The position numbers and the translations under genes were made by a program. Source: Rhodocyclaceae bacterium (GTDB taxonomy: Bacteria; Pseudomonadota; Gammaproteobacteria; Burkholderiales; Rhodocyclaceae). Taken from it: a stretch of 46,475 nt of DNA. The notes beneath the pieces were generated by a model that did no database searches, had not been told where the DNA came from, and saw only the letters and a program-made list of their open reading frames with translations. Location of the stretch: positions 1-46,475 of the forward strand of contig DAOLZE010000001.1 of assembly GCA_035426125.1 (NCBI GenBank). Reading direction: 5' to 3'. Within the stretch, counting starts at the first letter, position 1. Each line of letters starts with the position of its first letter. Positions 1 to 9,046 of the stretch are shown here, piece by piece.

Positions 1-53
1 TCAGTTGCTTTCGGCTTCCGCCGATACCTCGGGACGGGGAAGTCCCTTTCATT

Positions 54-620
54 CGTTAGTTAAAGCGGTCTGATCGGATGCAGACTCAAACTGACATTGA
101 AAATGAGCGACGCTGGGTGGGGATCGCCACACTCTCGCTATTAATTGTATATTCGCTGGTCACGGTCGCATACGGTTATTCCACCCTGTTAGAAATAGTC
201 GTTGAGAAAGGTTGGCCCTTTGCTCACCTCATCGCAATATTTGTGATTTTTCTGTGCCTTCTGCCGGGTGTTGTTTTATGGAAATTGCTTCGTCCACACA
301 GTAAGTATGCAGCTATATATGGACTCCTAGTGGCAGCGTTAGTTAAAGCGGTCTGATCGGATGCAGACTCAAACTGACATTGAAAATGAGCGACGCTGGG
401 TGGGGATCGCCACACTCTCGCTATTAATTGTATATTCGCTGGTCACGGTCGCATACGGTTATTCCACCCTGTTAGAAATAGTCGTTGAGAAAGGTTGGCC
501 CTTTGCTCACCTCATCGCAATATTTGTGATTTTTCTGTGCCTTCTGCCGGGTGTTGTTTTATGGAAATTGCTTCGTCCACACAGTAAGTATGCAGCTATA
601 TATGGACTCCTAGTGGCAGC
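54..620. repeat. Exact tandem duplication, 283-bp unit (54-336 and 337-619, with 1 bp of overlap at C337/C620)
   Basis: The sequence cgttagttaaagcggtctgatcggatg...ctcctagtggcagc occurs at 54 and again at 337; the copies look identical by eye. Confidence 0.95.
78..356 (+). CDS. Small hydrophobic membrane protein, 3'-altered duplicate of 361-654
   Basis: Same translation as 361-654 except the C-terminus (LVKAV instead of ICSAIPHLLV), created by the duplication junction. Confidence 0.55.
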   Translation: MQTQTDIENERRWVGIATLSLLIVYSLVTVAYGYSTLLEIVVEKGWPFAHLIAIFVIFLCLLPGVVLWKLLRPHSKYAAIYGLLVAALVKAV

Positions 621-654
621 AATTTGTAGCGCAATTCCACATCTATTGGTGTAG
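361..654 (+). CDS. Hypothetical ~3-TM membrane protein (AT-rich, cassette-like)
   Basis: 97-aa ORF with three hydrophobic stretches; visibly lower GC than flanking genes. Confidence 0.65.
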   Translation: MQTQTDIENERRWVGIATLSLLIVYSLVTVAYGYSTLLEIVVEKGWPFAHLIAIFVIFLCLLPGVVLWKLLRPHSKYAAIYGLLVAAICSAIPHLLV

Positions 655-718
655 GTTCGGCTTGGTGAAGAAACACAAACATAGCAACTGGATCAATTAT
701 GACGGGGCTAGCTACTAA

Positions 719-748
719 GGTTAGATCGTGCGCAGCCACGATCTAACC
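719..748. repeat. Perfect 12-bp inverted repeat GGTTAGATCGTG-cgcagc-CACGATCTAACC
   Basis: Arms at 719-730 and 737-748 are exact reverse complements. Confidence 0.8.
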
Positions 749-1021
749 CTTTGTTGACAGCGGGCCCCGGTGTTACGCCGGATGGCTCGCCTCTTTTCAG
801 TCATGGCAACCCTCTTTAAATGACCAGTACCCGCAAAGGAGAGGGAAGATACAATACCCGGTTCTGATTTGATGCGCAGACGCCTGATGAAGGTCTGAAG
901 TCGGGACACGGGTGTAATCAAATCGTATTTTTGGCGGGACTGACCAGTCGATCTGGAAAGCCTGAGTCGCCGCGTGCTGTTGCTTTGAAGATAACAGCCA
1001 CATAATCACTCGGAACCACTT

Positions 1022-2197
1022 ATGTTTTCGATAAACGAAATGTTTTGGCCTGCCGCAATCGCTCTTGCCTGGGTCGTCGGTGAGCTGTCCTTTCGCTGGA
1101 TCTCTCTGCCACGCATAAGCAGCTATGGTATTACAGGCTTTGCCATGGCGGCCAGCCAGGGGGAGATCCTTGGCGATCCTTCCGGGCAGGTGGTTGCGCA
1201 GATGGCGAACGTTGCCTTTGCCTTGATTTTGTTTGAGCTTGGCTATCGCATCAACCTGCGCTGGTTACGCCACAATTATTGGCTCGGGGTTACCAGTCTG
1301 GTTGAGTCGATTGGTACATTTGCCGCCGTATTTTTTGTGGCGAATGCGTTCTCGATGTCGCTGACTTCCTCATTGATGCTTGCGGCGCTGGCCATGTCGA
1401 CTTCTCCTGCCGCTGTTTTGAGGGTTGCCAACGATACGCGAAGCACGGGACAGATTACAGAGCGATTGTTGCATCTCACCGCCTTCAACACAGTACTTAC
1501 CGTATTTGTTTTCAAGATTGTGCTTGGTTACTGGATGCTCGAAAGCGCTGTCAGCATCCCGCAGGCGGCCTGGCATAGCGTGATGGTTCTCTTTATTTCA
1601 GCAAGCGTCGGTGTGCTCTTTGGTGTGGTGGTTCCAGGATTGTTGCGCCTGATCGACAATCGGGGACGGAATTCAACCGTTGCCTTTGCCATTACCGTAA
1701 TTTTGCTGACGAGCCTGACCCATATACTTGGATTTTCATCGTTGATTGCTGCTCTGGCATTTGGCCTGGTGGCGCGTCATCGACGTGTTGTGTTAACCCA
1801 GACACAACGTAATTTCGGCGCGCTTGGCGATGTGCTGACAGTGGTGTTGTTTGTCTTTGTCGCCGCATCACTGGACTGGAAGCATGTCTCCGATGGCCTG
1901 GGGATCGCACTTGCGGTGATCGTTTGTCGTTTTCTGATCAAGACTGCATCAGCCGCATTATTCGCCAGACCAAGCGGTATCGGATGGCGCAAGGGTGCAC
2001 TGACGGGGCTTGCCATGATGCCCATGTCGGCCTTTGTCATGTTGCTGCTGGAACAGACCAAGTATCTTGAGCTTGATGTAATGAATCAGGTCGCCGGTCT
2101 TGCCGCTATCGTACTGTTGCTCGAAATCATTGGCCCCGTCATGACGCAACGCGCGTTAATGCTTGCGGGAGAGGCCAACCAGAAAGAGGGAGACTGA
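1022..2197 (+). CDS. Cation:proton antiporter (CPA2/Na_H_Exchanger family, no KTN domain)
   Basis: ~12 TM segments; motifs [21 protein letters not shown] and EIIGP typical of the family. Confidence 0.85.
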   Translation: MFSINEMFWPAAIALAWVVGELSFRWISLPRISSYGITGFAMAASQGEILGDPSGQVVAQMANVAFALILFELGYRINLRWLRHNYWLGVTSLVESIGTFAAVFFVANAFSMSLTSSLMLAALAMSTSPAAVLRVANDTRSTGQITERLLHLTAFNTVLTVFVFKIVLGYWMLESAVSIPQAAWHSVMVLFISASVGVLFGVVVPGLLRLIDNRGRNSTVAFAITVILLTSLTHILGFSSLIAALAFGLVARHRRVVLTQTQRNFGALGDVLTVVLFVFVAASLDWKHVSDGLGIALAVIVCRFLIKTASAALFARPSGIGWRKGALTGLAMMPMSAFVMLLLEQTKYLELDVMNQVAGLAAIVLLLEIIGPVMTQRALMLAGEANQKEGD

Positions 2198-2199
2198 TC

Positions 2200-3330
2200 A
2201 TGGCATTGGAACCCTTCAAGACTGCCACCGCATTGACGATGGGCGTGGAGCTGGAATTGCAACTCGTCAGTCTGACCGATTTCGATCTACTGCCCTGCGC
2301 CGATGACATGCTGCACCTGCTGGCGCGCAATCGCTTTCCCGGTGATGTAAAGCCAGAGATTACCGAAAGCATGATTGAGGTTGCGACCGATGTACACACG
2401 CGGTACGACGAGCTTTTGGCGCAGCTCCAACAGATTCGTGATGCGCTGGTCGCGGCGGGTGACAAATTGAATGTCGGGTTGTGCGGCGGCGGTACGCACC
2501 CGTTTCAGCATTGGTCTGACCGCCGCATTTTTGCCAAACCACGCTTCAAGGAACTGTCCTGGCTGTATGGCTATCTTGCCAAGCAATTTACCGTTTTCGG
2601 CCAGCATGTTCATATCGGGTGTTCCAGTGCAAATGAGGGCTTGTTCTTGCTGCATGCCTTGAATCGCTACTTACCGCATTTCATTGCGCTATCGGCGTCG
2701 TCGCCTTTTTCGCAGGGGACGGATACCCTGTTCGATTCGGCAAGGCTCAATTCCGTGTTTGCTTTTCCGCTTAGCGGGCGGGCCCCTTTTATCCTTGAAT
2801 GGGAAAAGTTTGGGGACGCCTACTTTTCCAAGATGGAAAAAACCGGTGTCGTCAAAACCATGAAAGATTTTTATTGGGATATTCGTCCCAAGCCCGAGTA
2901 TGGCACCATCGAATTGCGCGTCTGCGATACGCCTTTGACGGTTGAGTGGGCGGCAGTACTTGCTGCATATCTTCAGGCCTTGTGTCGTATGCTGCTCGAA
3001 CGCAGCGATCCACCGCCGACTGAAGACGATTATCTTGTGTACAACTACAATCGATTTCAGGCGTGCCGCTTCGGCCTCGATGGCTATCTGGTGCATCCGC
3101 AATCAAATGAAAATCTATCGATTCGTGAAGATATTCTGGCAACACTTGAACGTCTGGCACCGCATGCTGCGGCATTAGGGAGCACACCTGCACTGGAGGC
3201 GTTATCGCTTCTGGCGTCGAGCCAAGGCAATCATGCCAGCGAGTTGCGTAAAATTTATGCCTCGGCAGGAAACGTGGCATCCGTCACCGAACATGCAACA
3301 AGAATGTTTCGCCGTCAGGAGGCTCTATGA
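2200..3330 (+). CDS. ybdK: YbdK-family carboxylate-amine (glutamate--cysteine ligase 2-like) ligase
   Basis: Motifs [44 protein letters not shown] and [10 protein letters not shown]. Confidence 0.9.
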   Translation: MALEPFKTATALTMGVELELQLVSLTDFDLLPCADDMLHLLARNRFPGDVKPEITESMIEVATDVHTRYDELLAQLQQIRDALVAAGDKLNVGLCGGGTHPFQHWSDRRIFAKPRFKELSWLYGYLAKQFTVFGQHVHIGCSSANEGLFLLHALNRYLPHFIALSASSPFSQGTDTLFDSARLNSVFAFPLSGRAPFILEWEKFGDAYFSKMEKTGVVKTMKDFYWDIRPKPEYGTIELRVCDTPLTVEWAAVLAAYLQALCRMLLERSDPPPTEDDYLVYNYNRFQACRFGLDGYLVHPQSNENLSIREDILATLERLAPHAAALGSTPALEALSLLASSQGNHASELRKIYASAGNVASVTEHATRMFRRQEAL

Positions 3331-4097
3331 TTAGTCGCCGTCGCCCGCTTCGCGTCGGGCTATCTGCACGCATTTTTCACCCTGAGCAGGGTGCCCATGG
3401 CATTCGTACCAAGACGCTGCAAGTCCTGGAGCAATCGGTGGCGCGCTGGGCAGCAAGCCGGAACGTACTCGTCCTCATGGTTCCTTCGGTAGTACAGAAC
3501 GGCGACCTGATACGCAGCAATATCCGGCTGCGCGATTACGCCGAATATCTCGATGGCCTGATCCTGCAAGGAGGCGCGGATATCAGTCCGCATGCCTATG
3601 GTGAAGAACCGTTGCGCCCGGAATGGCAGGGCGATCCGATCCGTGATGCCTATGAACTGGAACTGCTTCATGAATTCATGGAAGCGAGAAAGCCGGTACT
3701 TGGAATTTGCCGTGGCATGCAATTGATCAATATTGCAATGGGCGGTAGCTTGTATCAGGATCTGCCGACACAAATGACAAGTACCGTGGTGCATGAAAGT
3801 CAGGACTATGATCATCACAGCCATGAGGTGACCTTTGCCGAGCGTGGCCAATTCTCGCGCTGGTTTGGGAGCGAACATGGCGGCCGTGTGATCTCCATCC
3901 ATCATCAGGGCATACGCTGCCTGGGGCGGGAACTGGAAGCCGAGGCAACTGCCGACGATGGCATGATCGAAGCGATACGCTGGACAGGGCGAAGTTTTGT
4001 GGTGGGGGTTCAGTGGCACCCCGAGTTTCATCAGGCACAAAACGATCTACTGGATTGCGCTCCGTTGCTCAATGCTTTCCTCGATGCAGCGCGGTGA
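3327..4097 (+). CDS. Peptidase C26 / gamma-glutamyl-gamma-aminobutyrate hydrolase (PuuD-like) family
   Basis: LILQGGADI, catalytic GICRG, and QWHPE (His-Glu); ATGA overlap with ybdK. Confidence 0.9.
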   Translation: MISRRRPLRVGLSARIFHPEQGAHGIRTKTLQVLEQSVARWAASRNVLVLMVPSVVQNGDLIRSNIRLRDYAEYLDGLILQGGADISPHAYGEEPLRPEWQGDPIRDAYELELLHEFMEARKPVLGICRGMQLINIAMGGSLYQDLPTQMTSTVVHESQDYDHHSHEVTFAERGQFSRWFGSEHGGRVISIHHQGIRCLGRELEAEATADDGMIEAIRWTGRSFVVGVQWHPEFHQAQNDLLDCAPLLNAFLDAAR

Positions 4098-4143
4098 TTG
4101 CACCCATCCGGTTTTTTATTTTTTCTCCCTTTGAATATTTGTT

Positions 4144-5214
4144 TTGAACCGCACTGCTGATCTTTTCGCCGATGCTGCACTCGATACACTGTTGCTGCCT
4201 TTTGCGACAGGGGCGCTGACCTGGCCGTCCACTGCCGAGACCTTATTCATGCGTGCCAGAGGTGGTGCGGCGTTGAAAGCACTGCCGACCGACCGACTGG
4301 TTTGTGCGCAAAGCTTCAAGCCTTTCGCCGATGCTTTGCGTGCCATGGGTCTGACGCTTGCCGAAGTCAGTGCGCAAAAATTTCCGCTGGTATTGCTGTT
4401 GCCGCCACGACAGCGCGAGGAATCCAGAGCTCTGCTGGCTCGCGCCTTGCAGCGTGTCGAGCCGGGCGGCACGGTGGTGGCGAGCGCGCTCAACAACGAA
4501 GGCGCCCGTTCGGCGGAGGGAGATCTTGAGCGGCTGGCGGGACCGGTTCACAGCCTGTCGAAAAACAAATGCCGGGTGTTCTGGGCGACGGCAACAGCGC
4601 AGATGATGGATGCCAATCTCATCGCAGAATGGGCGGCGCTGGATGCGCCACGACGCATTGCCGACGGACGATTTTTGAGTCGCCCCGGGTTGTTCTCCTG
4701 GACGCGAATCGATCGTGCTTCAGCGTTGCTGGCAGGCTGTCTGCCGACAGATCTGGTTGGCTGTGGTGCCGATCTCGGCGCGGGCTTCGGTTATCTTGCC
4801 GCTGAAGTGCTGGCGCGTTGTCCGGGGGTCAGCGCACTTGATTTGTACGAGGCCGAGGCGCGCGGCCTGGATCTGGCGCGTAGCAATCTTCTGGATGATG
4901 TCCAGCGCGGCGAACACAGACATGTCGCACTGAATTTCTTCTGGCACGATGTTACGAAGGGATTGGACAAGCCCCAGCATTACGATTTCATCGTCAGCAA
5001 TCCGCCGTTTCATCAGGGCCGTGCCGATCAGCCGGAAATTGGCTGCGCATTCATCGTCGCCGCTGCTGCGGCCTTGCGCCCCGCTGGCTGTCTGTGGCTG
5101 GTTGCCAATCGCCATCTGCCTTATGAACAAGTATTGAGAGAAAACTTCCGCAAGGTGCGCACGGTCGCCGAAGAACAGGGCTTCAAGGTGATCGAGGCGA
5201 TCAAGGGAAAGTAG
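4144..5214 (+). CDS. rsmC: Class I SAM-dependent methyltransferase, RsmC-like (MTS family)
   Basis: SRPGLFSW..ID.AS.LL, DLGAGFG, IVSNPPFH and LWLVANRHLPYE motifs; TTG start uncertain. Confidence 0.8.
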   Translation: MNRTADLFADAALDTLLLPFATGALTWPSTAETLFMRARGGAALKALPTDRLVCAQSFKPFADALRAMGLTLAEVSAQKFPLVLLLPPRQREESRALLARALQRVEPGGTVVASALNNEGARSAEGDLERLAGPVHSLSKNKCRVFWATATAQMMDANLIAEWAALDAPRRIADGRFLSRPGLFSWTRIDRASALLAGCLPTDLVGCGADLGAGFGYLAAEVLARCPGVSALDLYEAEARGLDLARSNLLDDVQRGEHRHVALNFFWHDVTKGLDKPQHYDFIVSNPPFHQGRADQPEIGCAFIVAAAAALRPAGCLWLVANRHLPYEQVLRENFRKVRTVAEEQGFKVIEAIKGK

Positions 5215-5217
5215 CCA

Positions 5218-5961
5218 ATGAAACTTTTGAAAATGCTCGCCAACCTCGGCTATGGCAGCCGCAAAAGTGTGACGCTGATGCTGCGCAACGGTTGGGTGAC
5301 GCGCCGCGATGGCAGCGTATTCGGGCCCGACGACAATGTAGAGCCTGCTGATCACAACGATATCCTCATCGACGATGCGCCGCTCGATCCGCCACAGGGC
5401 TTCATCCTGATACTCAACAAGCCGGTTGGTTACACTTGCTCGACAAAGGATCACGGCCAGCTGATCTACGAATTATTGCCGCCGCGCTTCCGCCTGCGCA
5501 GCCCGCTGCTTTCCGCTGTGGGCAGACTCGACCGCGATACGTCCGGCCTGCTGCTGATGACCGACGATGGTGCGTTGCTGCACCGGATCACTTCACCCAA
5601 GGCACATTTGCCGAAGGTCTATGAAGCGCGGTTGGCCAGCGAATTGCGCGGTGACGAAGCCGCTCTGTTTGCCAGTGGAACGCTGCTGCTGGAATCTGAA
5701 ACCGTGCCGCTGGCACCGGCAATTCTTGAGTCAATCGATCCGCATCGGGTGCGTATCACAACGATTGAAGGCCGCTATCACCAGGTGCGGCGGATGTTTG
5801 CCGCTGTCGGGAATCATGTCGAGACCTTGCAGCGCGTGGCGATCGGTGGTCTGACGCTGGGGGATCTGGCGCCGGGCGAATGGCGGGTGCTTGGCGAGGA
5901 AGAAATTACACGGCTGTTTGTGGCAGCGCACTCCCTGAACGCCATCGCTCAGGGGCAATAG
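5218..5961 (+). CDS. rsuA: 16S rRNA pseudouridine synthase RsuA family
   Basis: N-terminal S4-like domain; LNKPVGY, GRLDRDTSGLLLMTDDG and EGRYHQVRRMF motifs. Confidence 0.88.
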   Translation: MKLLKMLANLGYGSRKSVTLMLRNGWVTRRDGSVFGPDDNVEPADHNDILIDDAPLDPPQGFILILNKPVGYTCSTKDHGQLIYELLPPRFRLRSPLLSAVGRLDRDTSGLLLMTDDGALLHRITSPKAHLPKVYEARLASELRGDEAALFASGTLLLESETVPLAPAILESIDPHRVRITTIEGRYHQVRRMFAAVGNHVETLQRVAIGGLTLGDLAPGEWRVLGEEEITRLFVAAHSLNAIAQGQ

Positions 5962-6728
5962 TCGCCGGGAACTCTCTGCGTGGCGGGTGTTTTCCGGAAA
6001 TACAGAATGACCCCAAGCTGTCCATCATGGTCGCAGAACTCGACATGGAAATGGCGAATCCCCTTGCCCTGCATGATGAACAGCAGCTCGTTAAGATTGT
6101 AGGAGTTCATCTGCATTTCGAGATTGCGGCTGCGTTCCCGGTATGAAAATGTCCGGCGCCTGGTTAACGCGCGCCAGGCCTGCGGGCGTTTCACGCCAAG
6201 GGTTTTTTCGTAAGCGCTTTTCGCATACGTCAGATGTATTGCGGCAATGCCGCCATCCGCCAGACGATCGATCAGCCCGGCAAAAATCTGCCGGCCGCGC
6301 ACAACCGGGATATGCTGAAAAACGATGTACGAATGAATAAAGTCGAATGATTCGTCGAGCGCAGAAAGCGTGTCGTCGGATTTGCGGAACGCGGTATTTC
6401 TCAAGCTGTGCGCAGCGCAGTTTTTCTGCGCTTCGTCGAGCATCGATTCTGAAATATCAATTCCCACGACACGCTCAACCATGCTCGCCAGCGGTAAAAC
6501 GATCCTGCCGACGCCGCAACCGAAATCCAGTGCGCTCTTTGGCGAGAAATCCCGGTCGAGATGACGTCGGCAAGCCTCGAGAATGTATTCGATATGGACT
6601 TTTCCGGAATCGAAGAATTCCTGCTTCGTCGCCTCGGTAAGATTGGCGCGAAAATATTTCTCGGCAGTAATCACGCCGTAATAGGGCTCCAGCCGGCCCC
6701 ATTTTTCCCATTCGATATCGCTACCCAT
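5949..6728 (-). CDS. Class I SAM-dependent methyltransferase
   Basis: ALDFGCGVGR, GIDISESML and FDFIHSYIVFQHIP motifs; start placed at ATG 6728 (MGSDIEWEKW), although the ORF extends to 6767. Confidence 0.8.
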   Translation of the reverse strand: MGSDIEWEKWGRLEPYYGVITAEKYFRANLTEATKQEFFDSGKVHIEYILEACRRHLDRDFSPKSALDFGCGVGRIVLPLASMVERVVGIDISESMLDEAQKNCAAHSLRNTAFRKSDDTLSALDESFDFIHSYIVFQHIPVVRGRQIFAGLIDRLADGGIAAIHLTYAKSAYEKTLGVKRPQAWRALTRRRTFSYRERSRNLEMQMNSYNLNELLFIMQGKGIRHFHVEFCDHDGQLGVILYFRKTPATQRVPGDYCP

Positions 6729-6882
6729 TCCCCCGCTCGCTTTCCATCGTTCGTGCAGTTGCTGCAATTCTACAGGGATCGACAGAAGTTACAGGATGAA
6801 CACCGCAGCAAATATGACCTCGACATTTAAGTGAACGGCTGACGCGGGCCGACCCGACTGCCACAAAGATCAGTGCAAGCGC

Positions 6883-6911
6883 TTGACCATGCCGGAGAAA
6901 GCGGTAATACT
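6883..6911 (+). promoter_or_regulatory. Putative sigma70 promoter for the DUF35/Ltp operon
   Basis: TTGACC-17 bp-AATACT. Confidence 0.5.
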
Positions 6912-6925
6912 CAGCGATTCCGCAA

Positions 6926-6951
6926 TAATCAATCATTCGAATGATTAATTA
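6926..6951. promoter_or_regulatory. Palindromic operator candidate TAATcAATCATTC|GAATGATTaATTA
   Basis: Perfect 16-bp palindrome 6931-6946, extended to 26 bp with one mismatched pair; lies between the predicted promoter and the RBS (GGAG at ~6963). Confidence 0.6.
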
Positions 6952-6972
6952 ATATTTACTCTGGAGAAAAGC

Positions 6973-7434
6973 ATGGCTCAAGCAGGTTCAGAACACGCAG
7001 CCGACGATGTGCTGCGCGCCAGCTTCGACGTGGGATACACCTACCAGCGCCTGGTCGGCCCGGTGATCGGCGAGTTTCTCACCGGTCTGCGCGACGGCAA
7101 GATGCAAGGGATCAAGGGCAGCAACGGCAAGGTCATCTGCCCGCCCACCGAATACGATCCGGTCACCGCTGAAGAATGCAGCGAGTTTGTCGCCCTGCCG
7201 TCCACCGGCACAGTAAAAACCTGGAACTGGGTGAATCAGCCACGTCCCAATCATCTGCTGAAAAAGCCCTTTGCCTGGGCACTGGTTCAAATCGACGGCG
7301 CTGATACTTCGCTGCTGCATATGGTTGATGCCGGCAGCGAAGCCGCCATGAAAACCGGCATGAAGGTGAAGGTGCGCTGGGCCGCCGAGCGCAAGGGCTT
7401 TATCACCGATATCGAATGCTTCGAGCCGGCCTGA
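6973..7434 (+). CDS. DUF35 / ChsH2-like OB-fold protein (Rv3521 N-terminal-half-like)
   Basis: GEFLTGLRDG, PPTEYDP.T, GTVKTW.W, PFAWALVQIDGADTSLLH and GMKVKVRW motifs. Confidence 0.85.
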   Translation: MAQAGSEHAADDVLRASFDVGYTYQRLVGPVIGEFLTGLRDGKMQGIKGSNGKVICPPTEYDPVTAEECSEFVALPSTGTVKTWNWVNQPRPNHLLKKPFAWALVQIDGADTSLLHMVDAGSEAAMKTGMKVKVRWAAERKGFITDIECFEPA

Positions 7435-7447
7435 GGAGATCACGAAA

Positions 7448-7990
7448 ATGTCAGAACAAGCCAAGAAGGTCGAGCTCATTGAGTGTCCGATCGTCCTCAA
7501 CTACAACTTCTCCGCTGGCCGCGCGCCGACGCAGTTTCTGCGCGGCATGAAGCAAGGCAAGCTGATCGGCCAGCGTTCGCCGCTGACCGGCAAGGTAATC
7601 GCGCCGCCGCGCGGGGCCTGCCCCGAGTCCGGCCTGCCGACGACCGAGGAAGTACCGCTGCCCGATACGGCCACCGTCATCACCTTCACCATCGTCCATC
7701 TGCCGATTCCGACCTCGGCGCTGGAACCGCCGTTCATTGTCGCCAATCTGGTGCTCGACGGTTCCGACCAGACCTTCATCCACCTTGTCAGCGGCTGTGC
7801 CAACGAGGACGTGAAGATCGGCATGCGCGTCAAGGCCAAGTGGAAAGATCAGAGCGAATGGGATTACTCGATGGACAACATCGCCTATTTCGAACCCACT
7901 GGCGAGCCGCCCGTGGATATTGAGGCCCTGAAAGCCAGCCGTCTCGAAGAAGCCAAGCGCTTCCTCAAGGCGAAAGCGGAGACTAAATAA
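7448..7990 (+). CDS. DUF35 / ChsH2-like OB-fold protein (Rv3521 C-terminal-half-like)
   Basis: GKV..PPRGACP, TFTIVH, LDGSD..F.H and IGMRVKAKW motifs. Confidence 0.85.
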   Translation: MSEQAKKVELIECPIVLNYNFSAGRAPTQFLRGMKQGKLIGQRSPLTGKVIAPPRGACPESGLPTTEEVPLPDTATVITFTIVHLPIPTSALEPPFIVANLVLDGSDQTFIHLVSGCANEDVKIGMRVKAKWKDQSEWDYSMDNIAYFEPTGEPPVDIEALKASRLEEAKRFLKAKAETK

Positions 7991-9045
7991 TGCGTGAAGT
8001 TGCCATCATCGCTTATGCCCAGACGCCGCTCGTGCGCGACTGCGGTGCGAAAAATGACGTTGAACTGGTCATGGAAGTCGTCAATGCCGTCAAGCATCAA
8101 GTCGGCTTTACCAATCAGGATCTTGACTTCTTTTGTTCAGGTTCCTGCGACTACCTGGGGGGTTCGGCATTCGCCTTCGTGAATGCGCTCGACGCGCTCG
8201 GCGCCGTGCCGCCGATCAATGAATCGCACGTCGAAATGGACGCGGCCTGGGCGCTGTATGAAGCCTGGCTGAAGATCCAGACCGGCCACGCCAACACCGC
8301 GCTGGTATATGGTTTCGGCAAGTGCTCGCAGGGTGATTTGCCCGACGTGCTGACGTTGCAGCTCGATCCCTACTACACCCAGCCGCTCTGGCCCGACAGC
8401 ATCAGCCTTGCCGCGTTACAGGCGCGTGCGTTGCTCGACGCCGGCAAGATTACAGAAGAGGACATGGCGCGCGTGGTGCAAAAAAGTCGCCGCAATGCCA
8501 AGAGCAAGCCGGGTACTCAGCTCAAGGGCGACTACACGATCGAGCAACTGTTGGCCGAGCCGAAGCTGGTTTCGCCGCTGCGCAAGCATGACTGCCCGCC
8601 AGTGACCGACGGCGCCTCGGCCGTGATTCTCGCCACGCGTGAAGTCGCCGAGAAATTCCACAAGCGCAATGCCTACATCACCGGCATCGATCATCGCATC
8701 GAAGCGCATCAACTCGGTTCGCGTAATTTGATCGACTCGATGTCCACCAGAATCGCCGGCGAAGCTGCCGGTGTGGCCAAGGGCAAGGTCGACATCGCCG
8801 AACTGCATACGCCGTTCAGCTATCAGGAGCTGCTGGTCAAGCAAGCGCTGGGGCTGGGCGACGACACTGTCATCAATGCATCGGGCGGCCCGTTGGCCGG
8901 CAACATCATGATGTCGGCCGGCCTCAGCAACTTCGGCGAGGTGGCAATGCGCATCATCAAGGGCGAGGCCAATCGCGGCGTGGCGCATGCCACCAGCGGT
9001 CCGTGCCTGCAACAGAATCTGGTCGCTGTGTTGGAGGGCAAATAA
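7990..9045 (+). CDS. Thiolase-fold SCP-x-like protein, Ltp4-like
   Basis: CSGSCDYLGG.AF.F, VPPINESHVEMDAAWALYEAW, PPVTDGA and HATSGPCLQQNLV match recalled Ltp4 (Rv3522) motifs. Confidence 0.8.
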   Translation: MREVAIIAYAQTPLVRDCGAKNDVELVMEVVNAVKHQVGFTNQDLDFFCSGSCDYLGGSAFAFVNALDALGAVPPINESHVEMDAAWALYEAWLKIQTGHANTALVYGFGKCSQGDLPDVLTLQLDPYYTQPLWPDSISLAALQARALLDAGKITEEDMARVVQKSRRNAKSKPGTQLKGDYTIEQLLAEPKLVSPLRKHDCPPVTDGASAVILATREVAEKFHKRNAYITGIDHRIEAHQLGSRNLIDSMSTRIAGEAAGVAKGKVDIAELHTPFSYQELLVKQALGLGDDTVINASGGPLAGNIMMSAGLSNFGEVAMRIIKGEANRGVAHATSGPCLQQNLVAVLEGK

Positions 9046-9046
9046 C

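Noticed and set aside
884-900. CTGATGA, the hammerhead ribozyme core heptamer
   Set aside because: Followed by AGGTCTGAAG, with no stem II and no GAAA, so no hammerhead fold can be built
721-1009. Short - strand ORFs 721-921 and 797-1009
   Set aside because: No recognisable motifs; they overlap the probable promoter and leader of the antiporter operon
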